The position numbers and the translations under genes were made by a program. DNA of 64,000 nucleotides from Eledone cirrhosa (lineage: Eukaryota). The notes below the pieces were generated by a model that saw only the letters and a program-made list of their open reading frames with translations, had not been told where the DNA came from and made no database searches. The stretch is taken from contig OZ024741.1 of NCBI GenBank assembly GCA_964016885.1, forward strand, positions 36,580,001-36,644,000. The letters run 5' to 3'. Shown piece by piece: positions 38,210 to 48,131 of this stretch; within the stretch, counting starts at the first letter, position 1; every line of letters begins with the position of its first letter.

Positions 38210-41200
38210 CATCATCATCATCATCATCGTTTAATGTCCATCTTCTACGCTTGCATGGGTGGTTGTCTTGCTTGCATAGGACTGTCTGGCGGGTTTTCTA
38301 CGGCTGGATGCCTTTCCTAACACCAACCACGTTTACAGTGTGGACTGGGAGGTTTTTACCGTGTTACCTACACGGCCACATTACAGCGTGGACTGTGTGC
38401 TTTTTTGTCGTGACACCTACACAACCTCATTTATTTAGGACTGGATGTTGTGGTACCAACATAACTTTACATCGAAACGGGGTAGTGGGACGGGGGTGTA
38501 TTTTTGTTAGAGATGCCTACTGACTGTAGTAGGTTTCACTTTGTACTTAGGTAAGGCGGGTCTTCTGTATTACTGTGTAGCGCCAAAGATCTCGGTCCAG
38601 TGACATTGTCTTGGAGAGGTGTAAGTGTGTGAGGTCGGAATTTATCAGGTCGTCCCAGGTTTTTCTGGGTCTGCCTACTCCGTGGCTACCGTTTGTTTTT
38701 ATTGCCCTGCACTTTTTTATACAGCTGTCATCTTTCATGCACATCACGTGACCGTACCAACGTAGTCTTCTCTCGAGTAAACAACATCTGATCCCTCTTA
38801 TTTCTAATTTTTCCCTTAGTTCGTTTATGCTTTGCCGTTCACGTATATTACTATTACACATCCAGTCTGCATATATCCTCTGCACACAATGCCCAGGTCT
38901 CACTGCCATGTAACATTGCTGTTCGTATGCCTGCCTTTCATTTTTAGAGAGAACCCTTTAGCGGCTAATAGTGGTATAAGCTCTCTGAACTTTTTCTATC
39001 CAGTTCTGACTCTAGCTACTGTACTTTCAGAGCACCCTCCACCACTGCTGATTTTGTCACCCAAGTAACGGAAGGTGTCCACTATTTCTATAGAACCATC
39101 TGTGCAATGGAATGAGCTAGTATTCTGTGGGCACTTGCTGCTACTTATTGCACCAGAGCACCGGCCACATACAAAATCTAGATTCTTAGTTAGCTTACCT
39201 ATGATCCCACTACATCTTTTATGCACCCATACTTTGCATTTGGGACATAAAATGGAGTTTCTGCCTACTCCTTTCCTACACATTGAGCATGGCCATTTCC
39301 CGGATGGGACCGGTGCCCTATTTTCCTTCCTACAAACTAGAACTTTAGTCTTAGACAGGTTAATTTTAAGGCCTTTTGATTCTAGGCCATGCTTCCATGT
39401 TTGGAATTTCTTCTCTAGTTCAGCCATTGATTCAGCTATGAGCGTTAGATCGTCTGCATATAGGAGTTCCCATGGGCAGCCGGTCTTGAACTCCTCTGTT
39501 ATAGCCTGAAGGGCAATAATAAATAGTAGGGGGCTAAGAACGGAGCCCTGATGAACACCAACTTTTACGCTAAACTCTTCACTATATTCGTTGTTAATTT
39601 TAACCTTGCTGACTGTTTCTTTATACATGGCTTGTATAGCTCTCACAAGCCATTCATCAACACCTAGTTTTCTAAGAGCCCACCAGATAATAGAACGGGG
39701 GACTCTGTCAAAGGCTTTTTCCAAGTCGACAAAAGCTAAGTATAGGGGTTTACTTTTAGCTAGGTACTTCTCCTGTAGTTGTCGTACAATGAAAAGAGCG
39801 TCTGTGGTACTTTTACCTGACACAAACCCGAACTGCATTTCATCTAGATCAATTCGCTCTCTGATTAGTTGCGCTATTACTTTTTCTGTGACCTCCATGA
39901 CCTGGTCGATTAATTTAATGCCTCTATAGTTACCCTTATCTAGGGCATCTCCTTTACCCTTGTAGCAGTTAATGATGATGCTGCTACGCCAGTCCTTCGG
40001 AACAACCCCATTCTGTATGACTTGGTTTACTATCCAGGTGATCATAGTGTGTCCCACCGTTCCAAATGCTTTCAGCATTTCAGCAACTATTTCCGAAGGC
40101 CCAGCCGCCTTACCCGTCTTCATATCTCTGATTGCCTTACTTATTATACTACCTTCGACTAACACTGATGGTCCCTCTATTGGATCGATGTGGGGGAGAC
40201 TGTCTTTCTCCCATTTATTCTCCTCATTTAGTAGCCTTTCGTAGTGACACTTCCAAGCTACCTTCTTATCAGCGTCAGTGATGGCAAGTACACCATCATC
40301 ATTAACGACACACTTCTCCCAGACAATATCACGGTTTTCCTTGACACATTGCCTAGCAATCCTGAACACCTCACGTTTTTGGTCCTCGCGTTGAAGAACA
40401 TGCTTGAACTTTCTTTCCTCTGCTTCCCTTCTTGCGAAGTACACTTGTCTCCTAGCTTCCTTCCTGGCCACTTGATAGTCTTCTCTACTTCCCCCATCCC
40501 GCCATACTTTCCAAGCCTGCTTTTTGGCCTTAATTGACTCCTTCACCTTACTGTTCCACCACCACGTTACCCTCCTCCTGCCTATAGGCCTGCTCCAGCC
40601 ACAGACTTCATCTGCCACCATCAGCAGGTTTGCTTTCAGGAATTCCCACTGTTCCTCTATATTGTACGACTCTAATTGCTCTTCCTTACTGTCAAAAGCA
40701 TCAAGTAATATGCTTTTAAATTTATTACTGGCTGTGGGGTCCTTTAGCTTCCATATTTTTCTGAAGTTAGTGTTACAGATAGTTAGGTTATTTGCGTCAC
40801 AGAATTCCAGGATTCTGGAGCCTTCCTCATTTCTAGTACCAAACCCATAGCCTCCATGGATTCCGTCATTTCCCACCCAGAAAAGCTTATAGCATCGTTT
40901 TTTACCCACAATGAATCTAGCAGACCCACCCCTCCAACTGGTCTCTTGGATACAGCAAACATCAACCTCCTTACGTTCAAGCATTTCTACAACCTTGTTA
41001 GAGCGACCCTTTAAGGTGCCTACATTCATGGTACCAACTCTGAAGTTTTGGATTGCGTTTGGTGGGTGGGGCGCGGTGAGGGGGGTGGGGTTGGGGTTAT
41101 GTTGGCCATCCGCGGCCGAAACAAAGAGGAGGAGTCCTTGCCTTTTCGTCCGGCAGCATGAAGTGGATTTGTCGTTATCTTTGGCATTGTCACTGAGTGT

Positions 41201-41450
41201 CCAGATTCTTCAGACTCTCCAGAATTCCTTAGTCCATCCATCATATCGAAAAGCAACCAGGAGAAGTGATAGCATAGGCCGCTGACTTATGATTGGTCAA
41301 AATAATAATGGTGGAGAGTGCGGGGCAGGCGGGATGGGTATGGGAGAAAGCAGGATTGGATTCTGGGCGATTATACAGATATATGGATGAATGAACCGAA
41401 GGATGGGGAGAAGAAGAAAATGGTATTTTTACATTACATTTCGTAGAAGT
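38210..41450 (-). mobile_element. RTE-clade LINE, near full length with internal deletions, inside the last SMC6 intron
   Basis: APE endonuclease start (NVGTL, CIQET), RT motifs (FVDLEKAFD, GVHQGSVLSP, YADD), Cys/His finger, RRLRWYGHV...GRPRKTW C-terminus, 3' UTR and (GAT)n tail at ~38210-38228. The 5' boundary is approximate. Confidence 0.93.
38996..41029 (-). CDS. LINE ORF (677 aa): truncated APE endonuclease, reverse transcriptase and PHD-like Cys/His finger; ends at a premature TAG
   Basis: ORF track. YADD is intact. Sister copies read RTGWKK where this copy reads RTG*, and the remnant continues to 38547. Confidence 0.85.
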   Translation of the reverse strand: MNVGTLKGRSNKVVEMLERKEVDVCCIQETSWRGGSARFIVGKKRCYKLFWVGNDGIHGGYGFGTRNEEGSRILEFCDANNLTICNTNFRKIWKLKDPTASNKFKSILLDAFDSKEEQLESYNIEEQWEFLKANLLMVADEVCGWSRPIGRRRVTWWWNSKVKESIKAKKQAWKVWRDGGSREDYQVARKEARRQVYFARREAEERKFKHVLQREDQKREVFRIARQCVKENRDIVWEKCVVNDDGVLAITDADKKVAWKCHYERLLNEENKWEKDSLPHIDPIEGPSVLVEGSIISKAIRDMKTGKAAGPSEIVAEMLKAFGTVGHTMITWIVNQVIQNGVVPKDWRSSIIINCYKGKGDALDKGNYRGIKLIDQVMEVTEKVIAQLIRERIDLDEMQFGFVSGKSTTDALFIVRQLQEKYLAKSKPLYLAFVDLEKAFDRVPRSIIWWALRKLGVDEWLVRAIQAMYKETVSKVKINNEYSEEFSVKVGVHQGSVLSPLLFIIALQAITEEFKTGCPWELLYADDLTLIAESMAELEKKFQTWKHGLESKGLKINLSKTKVLVCRKENRAPVPSGKWPCSMCRKGVGRNSILCPKCKVWVHKRCSGIIGKLTKNLDFVCGRCSGAISSSKCPQNTSSFHCTDGSIEIVDTFRYLGDKISSGGGCSESTVARVRTG

Positions 41451-42089
41451 GGACTGACCATTAATAAGAGTTGACAAATGTAATATAACAAAAGACTCTT
41501 ATATTAAATCTTCTTCGTAGATTTTAATTAAAATAGGAATCCTTTAAAATGGGTGGGTTTTGTTTCATAGATTCGGTTCTGTGTGAGCAAGTCATGGTCA
41601 TCTGACTTTGACTTGCCTCAAATAGGACATCCGTCTAACCCATGCTAGTGTGGAAAATGGACATTAAGCAGTAATGATGATGATGAGAATTAAGGCAGTT
41701 TGGAGGGGTTGGTATCAAAAGAGTCAAGACAAGAAAACCAAAAGAAAAACTGGTTTCATTGGTGGGAGTTAAAATATGCAGCATCACTGCAGCACTTAAG
41801 ATGTATATGCAAGGTCATTGCATTTACTGATAACATAGAGCCTGTCTTACATCTCATTAAAAGTATTTACAATTTGCTGAGATGGTGTGGCTGGTAACTT
41901 TGTATAGTAGAGGTGCTGATGCCATGATAAAATGCACTCAGTACACTATGTACAGAGGTGCTGTTGGTTCCACAATAAAATGCACCCAGTACATTATGTA
42001 TAGAAGTGTTGTTGATGTCACAATAAAATGCACTTGGTACACTCCGTATAGTGGTTGGCATTAGGAAGAGCATCCAGCTGTAGAAACCA

Positions 42090-42495
42090 TGCTAAAATGT
42101 AACACATGTAGGTGTCACAACAAAAAGCACCCAGCCCACACTGTAAAGTGCTTGTGTAGGTATCATGACTAAAAGCACCCAGCCCACACTGTAAAGTGCT
42201 TGTGTAGGTATCATGACTAAAAGCACCCAGCCCACACTGTAAAGTGCTTGTGTAGGTGTCATGACAAAAACACCCAATACTCTCTGTAAAGTGGTCATGT
42301 AGGTGTCATGACAAAAAGCACCCAGCCCACACTGTAATTGTGGTTGGTATTAGGAAGGGCATCCAGGTGTAGAAACCAAGCCAGAAACAGTTCTAAATGA
42401 GCAAGACACGGTCACCTAACCTAACTTGCCTCAAATGAGACAATCTGTCTAACCCATGCTAGCGTGGATAGTGGATGTTAAACCATGATGATGAT
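42090..42495 (+). mobile_element. RTE-tail/SINE element with a 42-bp internal tandem array
   Basis: aaaagcacccagcccacactgtaaagtg repeated ~6 times, then the family tail and gatgatg. Confidence 0.75.
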
Positions 42496-42703
42496 GAGCA
42501 AAACTGTCCAACCCACACTAGTAAGAGAGAACTGGTCAGAGAGTGATGACCATCATGTGTGTATTGTAGTGTTAAATGAAAAGAATGTACTCAATACATG
42601 TTATGCAGTTTTACCACCCCTCTTTCCTTCTATCTCTTCTCTCTCTCACTTTTCTTCTCTCTTCTTTCCTCCTCTTTCATATCTCTTTTCTTCTTTTCCA
42701 CAG

Positions 42704-42830
42704 TAATATAAACTACCCTATGTCTAGAATATTCCGTTTGCCTGATCCTGTACGTATTAAAGGTGGACAGAGGACCCTGAATTTTAATCCAGTCGCTGCT
42801 GAGGATGATGATGAAGAGGAGACAACATAG
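42704..42830 (+). CDS. SMC6: SMC6 terminal coding exon: (S)NINYPMSRIFRLPDPVRIKGGQRTLNFNPVAAEDDDEEETT*
   Basis: A long polypyrimidine tract ends in ccacag at 42703. The phase matches the previous exon (AG+T = Ser). The peptide resembles the known SMC6 C-terminus (RI.R..DP..GQ.TL.F.PV plus acidic tail). Stop TAG at 42828-42830. Confidence 0.88.
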
Positions 42831-43007
42831 ATATTATTTGGGGACTGACAGTTTTAAATTTTAAACAAGAAAAAAAAACATACAAAAACAAGAAGAAAAG
42901 ATAGGCAAAAAATGAAAATTATGGACAAGAAAAAAGAAATGTGTAAAGTATTACTATTGTCATTAATATTACTATCATTATTATTATTAAAGAATTATTT
43001 TCTTATT

Positions 43008-43013
43008 AATAAA
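43008..43013 (+). promoter_or_regulatory. Candidate polyadenylation signal (AATAAA) of SMC6
   Basis: AATAAA ~180 nt after the stop codon, followed by a T-rich stretch. ATTAAA variants lie near 43085-43100. The context is AT-rich, so it may be chance. Confidence 0.4.
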
Positions 43014-43096
43014 AAAGAAAGAAGAGAAATTATCATTTGTACTAAATGCTATTTTTGTTTTGTTTTTTATCATATAACAATACTATTAAAATACAT

Positions 43097-43735
43097 TAAA
43101 AGTGCCCAGTCCACTCTGTAATGTGGTCTTGTTGGTGGCACAACAAAAAGTGCCCAGTCCACTCTGTAATGTGGTCATGTTGGTGGCACAAAAAAGTGCC
43201 CAGTTCACTCTGTAATGTGGTCTTGTTAGTGGCACAACAAAAAGTGCCCAGTCCACTCTAATGTGGTTGTGTTGGTGTCACAACAAAAAGTGCCCAGTCC
43301 ACACTATAACGTGGTCATGCTGGTGACACAATAAAAAACTCCCAGCCCACTCTATAAAGTGGTCGTGTTGGTAACACAACAAAAAGTAGCCAGTCCACAC
43401 TGTAAAGTGGTGTTGGTGGTGTTGGTGATACAACAAAAGTGCCCAGCTCACACTGTAAAGTGGTTGTGTAGGTGATACAATAAAAAGTGCCCAGCCACAC
43501 TGTAATGTGGTCGTGTTAGTGACATGACGAAAAGCACCCAGTCCACACCGTAAAGTGGTCATTTTGTTGCATTGATAAAAAGCACCCTGTCCACATTATA
43601 AATGTGGTTGGCATTAGGAAGTACCTCCATCCAGAAGCAAGACACTGTCATCGATCTGGCTTGTCTCACAGCGGGACAACTTGTCTAACCCATGCTAGCA
43701 TGGAAAAATAGACGATGAGCAGTGATGATGATGTG
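43097..43735 (+). mobile_element. RTE-tail/SINE element with an expanded ~42-bp array (~12 copies)
   Basis: aaaaagtgcccagtccactctgtaatgtggtc repeated, then the family tail. Confidence 0.8.
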
Positions 43736-44289
43736 AAATAATCTTTAGCATAGGCATAACTCTGTGGTTAAAGCATTTACTTTTCAACTAGTTGATTCTG
43801 AATTCAGTTTCACTGTCTGGCACCTTGGGTGTCTTCTACTACAGACCCAGGTTGAGTGAAGTGTACCAAAAATGGTACATATTAGCACAACGTGGTTCCT
43901 CAACCTTGTCTTGTACCTTGGCAACTTATCCAACCCATGTCAGCATGGAAAATCTACATCAAATGATGATGATGGCAGAATCATTAGGACATTGGCTACT
44001 TGTTCTTGCTCTCTGTAAATCCCTCCAAAGTCACTTTGTTTTTCCTCCTTTCAGAGTCGATAAAGTGTCACCCTAGTACTGTTGCAACCCTCTCTCCTTC
44101 CAATGATCTCAGCTTGGTTCTGCTAGGTCAAGGTAGGGAATGTCGAGAGGGTGGCTGTGTCTTATTGTAACTCATAGGAAGTTAAAACCCTTAATAAAAG
44201 TATGATACATACGACCAAGTCATGCTTGATTGCCAGTTTCCCAGCTAAAACAGGAGTTAGCTTTGTAAATTCCATAACAAACTTCATAC

Positions 44290-44606
44290 CATGCTGCGTT
44301 GGATGTTCAATGTAAATGTGAGAGAAAGGTAGAGCTTGGACGAGCTGAGTTTAAGAGAAATCTGAAGTGGTGTGCAAGAGAGAAGACTGCGTTGGTGTGG
44401 ACATGTGATACGCATGGATTATGATCGCTGGGTGAAGAAGTGCCAGGAAATCCCAGTAGAAAGAAGCCGCAGTAGAGGTAGATCAAGAAAGACCTAGGCA
44501 GAGGTGGTATGAGCTGATCTCAAGTTGCTGAGACTCACTGAGATGACAAATGGAGACATGCTGTGCTGAGAAGGACCCATCCAATCCCAAAACAATGATG
44601 ATGGTG
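44290..44606 (+). mobile_element. Degenerate RTE LINE 3' fragment
   Basis: Similar to the other copies (gagagaagactgcgttggtgtggacatgtg...agaggtagatcaagaaagacc) with a gatgatg tail. Confidence 0.7.
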
Positions 44607-45169
44607 ATACCCATCATGAGGTCTTTTCTGAGGCAGTCTTTTATCGACAGATGCCTTTCCTGGTGCCAACTCTTTTAATCGCATCTCACGACAATCAGAG
44701 ATACGGTATATAAACTGGATACACACAACATTGTGAGTGATAGCTGTAAAATGTATTTTATATTCAATTTCATTTAACACAACATTTTACAAGGATTAAT
44801 TAACTGTTTTAAAAAAATTGATGAATTCAGAGCAGACCCCTGGTTCCTTCTCTCTCTCTCTTCAGGTTTTTCCTGCAAACATTCACCTACAGAAGACATT
44901 GGGGAGTGAGGTTCGACCATATCAAACTCACCTGTCTGGGAGGTCCTGTCATGAGCTCCAGGTCATTTCAAAGTAACTTCCATTAAAAAATAAAAATAAC
45001 CCTTTTGTGTCCATATTTAGAATGAAATGTTCTATCTCTATCAATTGATTTTTAACCATTCCATTACCATATTTCTAATGATCTCTGCCTATAATTTTTA
45101 AATCATTTAAAAAATAACCAAGAATTCGAGAACAGTAATATAACTTTCTCATTAGCTGGTTATATTACC

Positions 45170-45425
45170 AACCATTTAGCATTTCAACTGGCCATACTTG
45201 GCCAGAATTCTCTCACCACTTTCTGTTCAAACAGGCTGTAACTGGCTACTCATACTTATGTTAAGGTATTGTTCTCAAAATAAATAACATCAAAATCTCA
45301 TAGATTCAATATTATGTGAGATAATTATTTACCACAAAAACACAATAGTATATATCGAGTAATCATCATCATCATCGTTTAACGTCCATCTTCCACGCTA
45401 GCATGGGTATGTAAATGTTAAAGGG
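45170..45425. mobile_element. piggyBac-like MITE copy carrying a short RTE/SINE tail insertion
   Basis: Same body in inverted orientation; catcatcatcgtttaacgtcc insert at ~45362-45408. Confidence 0.6.
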
Positions 45426-45794
45426 TTAAACTGGTGTTTGGAACATAATTTAACAAAGACTCTTAGATAAAATTATGACAGGAGGATGTTTTTTAGATAA
45501 ATATATACACTTTAGAATAAACAGCTTTGTGCTTTAAACCAGATCCAAAATGTTGAGGGGTTGAGCAAAATAACTAATTTTGTAATGGCTAAACTGATTG
45601 TTGGGAACATAACTTAACAAAAGGTTCTAATGTATCAATTATAATAGCAGGCTTAGATTTAAACATATACATTTTAAAATGGGAGAACCAAGGGTGCTCT
45701 CAGGTGGACTGGTATTAAAAGGTTTTAAAATATCCTGTTCCAGTCACCAATATCATCAGCAGCATCAATAATACCTTCATCCACCTACTTCTGC

Positions 45795-45881
45795 AATAGT
45801 TACTACTACTACTACTATACACCACTGTTACTTCAAATACTACTACTACTACTATCACATGCCAACACTAATATAACTACC

Positions 45882-45912
<31 letters not shown>

Positions 45913-47135
45913 TAACACACCACCACCAACACTACTACTACTATAACACACTACCACCACTACTACTACTACTATAACACACTACCACCAACACTACTAC
46001 TACTATAACACACCATCACCACTACTACTACTATAACACACCACCACTACTATAACACTACCACTATAACACACCACCACTACTACTACTATAATACACT
46101 ACCACCAACACTATTACAACTACCACCACTACTACTACTACTATAACACTACCGCCACTACTATACTATAACATACCACCACCAACACTACTACTACTAT
46201 AACACACCACCAACACTACTACTACTATAACACACCACCACCACCACCACTACTACTACTATAACACACTACCACCACCACTACTACTACTATAACACTA
46301 CCACCAACACTATAACACTACCGCCAACACTATTACAACTACCACCACTACTACTACTATAATACACTACCACCAACACTACTACTACTATAACACACTA
46401 CCACCACCACTATTACTACTATAACACACCACCAACACCACTACTACTACTATAACACACTACCACCACTACTACTACTATAACACTACCACCAACACTA
46501 CTACTATAACACACCACCACCACTACTACTACTATAACACTACCACCAACGCTACTACTACTATAACACACCACCACCACTACTACTACTATAACACACT
46601 ACCACCACCGCTACTACTACTATAACACACTACCACCAACACTACTACTACTATAACACACCACCACCACTACTACTACTATAACACACTACCACCACCA
46701 CTACTACTACTACTATAACACACTACCACCAACACTATTACAACTACCACCACTACTACTATAACACACCACCAACACTACTACTACTATAACACACTAC
46801 CACCACCACTACTACTACTATAACACTACCACCAACACTATTACAACTACTACCACTACTACTACTATAACACACCACCAACACTACTACTACTATAACA
46901 CACCACCACCACTACTACTACTATAACACACTACCACCACCACTACTACTACTACTATAACACACTACCACCACCACTACTACTACTATAACACACCACC
47001 ACCAACACTATTACAACTACCACCGCTACTACTACTATAACACACCACCAACACTACTACTACTATAACACACCCGACCATCACCACTACTACTACTATA
47101 ACACACTACTACTACTACTATAACATACCACCACC
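45795..47135. repeat. Low-complexity (ACT)n/(ACC)n/ATAAC tract
   Basis: Directly visible, variable units such as actactactataacacaccacc. Confidence 0.95.
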
Positions 47136-47452
47136 CACCCCACAAGTAACCTCCTCCTCCTTACTGCTGCCCACTTAGTGTCAGTTAGGTAGAGGCACAT
47201 CAATTATTTATGCAGCCTTTGAGAAGGAGAAGGGAGACAGATAAAACAATTGAAATGCACACCATGTAGTCAGTACACCAGCATCCAAACCACATGGCTA
47301 CTTACTTTCTCTGTTTTACATATATGGTAGATGTGTATGTACTTAAAATAGAAACTGTTGTAATAAACAAAGAGTTAATCTAAGAATCAACAGACACTGC
47401 TATGCCATGGGACTGAACCTAAAACCTTGTGGCTGCAAAACAATATTCTTAA

Positions 47453-47859
47453 CCTTTTTAGTATTTAAATGGTGCCCATATCCAGCCAGAATTATCTCAC
47501 CTCTTTCTGTTCAAACCAGCTGTAACTGGCCACTCATACCAATGTTAAGGTATTGTTCTCAAAATAAATAATATCAAAATTTCATAAATTCGATATTATG
47601 TAAGGTAAAGCCTTTACCTAAAAATATAATAGTAAATAAAGAGTAATGTAAATGCTAAAGGGTTAAACCAGCCATATCTGGCCAGAATTCTCTCACCTCT
47701 TTCTGTTCAAACCAGCTGTAACCGGCCACTCATACCAATGTTAAGGTAATGTTCTCAAAATAAATAATATCAAAATCTCATAAATTCGATATTATGTGAG
47801 GCAAAGCCTTTACTGTGAAAATATAATAGTAAATATAGAGTAATGTAAATGCTAAAGGG
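47453..47859. mobile_element. Tandem dimer of the piggyBac-like MITE inserted at TTAA in a SINE head
   Basis: Two ~200-bp direct copies. Flanks ttcttaa / ttaaccacacagccatg rejoin into a SINE 5' region. Confidence 0.7.
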
Positions 47860-47885
47860 TTAACCACACAGCCATGCCTTTAGAA

Positions 47886-48044
47886 CAATGATTCCCAAAG
47901 GGGGTCTGCAAAGGAGCGTCTGGGGTTCCCTGAAAAAGGGTAGAGGAGTATATCTATATTACGACCAGTATTAGACTTTGGGGTTCCCCAAAACGTTTCT
48001 GAACAAAAAAGGTTTCTACACTTGAAAAAGTTTGGGAAACCCTG
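47886..48044. mobile_element. Short hAT/Charlie-type MITE
   Basis: Ends caatgattcccaaa / tttgggaaaccctg. Confidence 0.45.
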
Positions 48045-48131
48045 GTCTATAAGATTTTAGTTTAAAATAAATGCAGAGTATCTTACAGCAATTCTAGATA
48101 AATAGGGAGTGTGTGATCTGTATATTGAACT

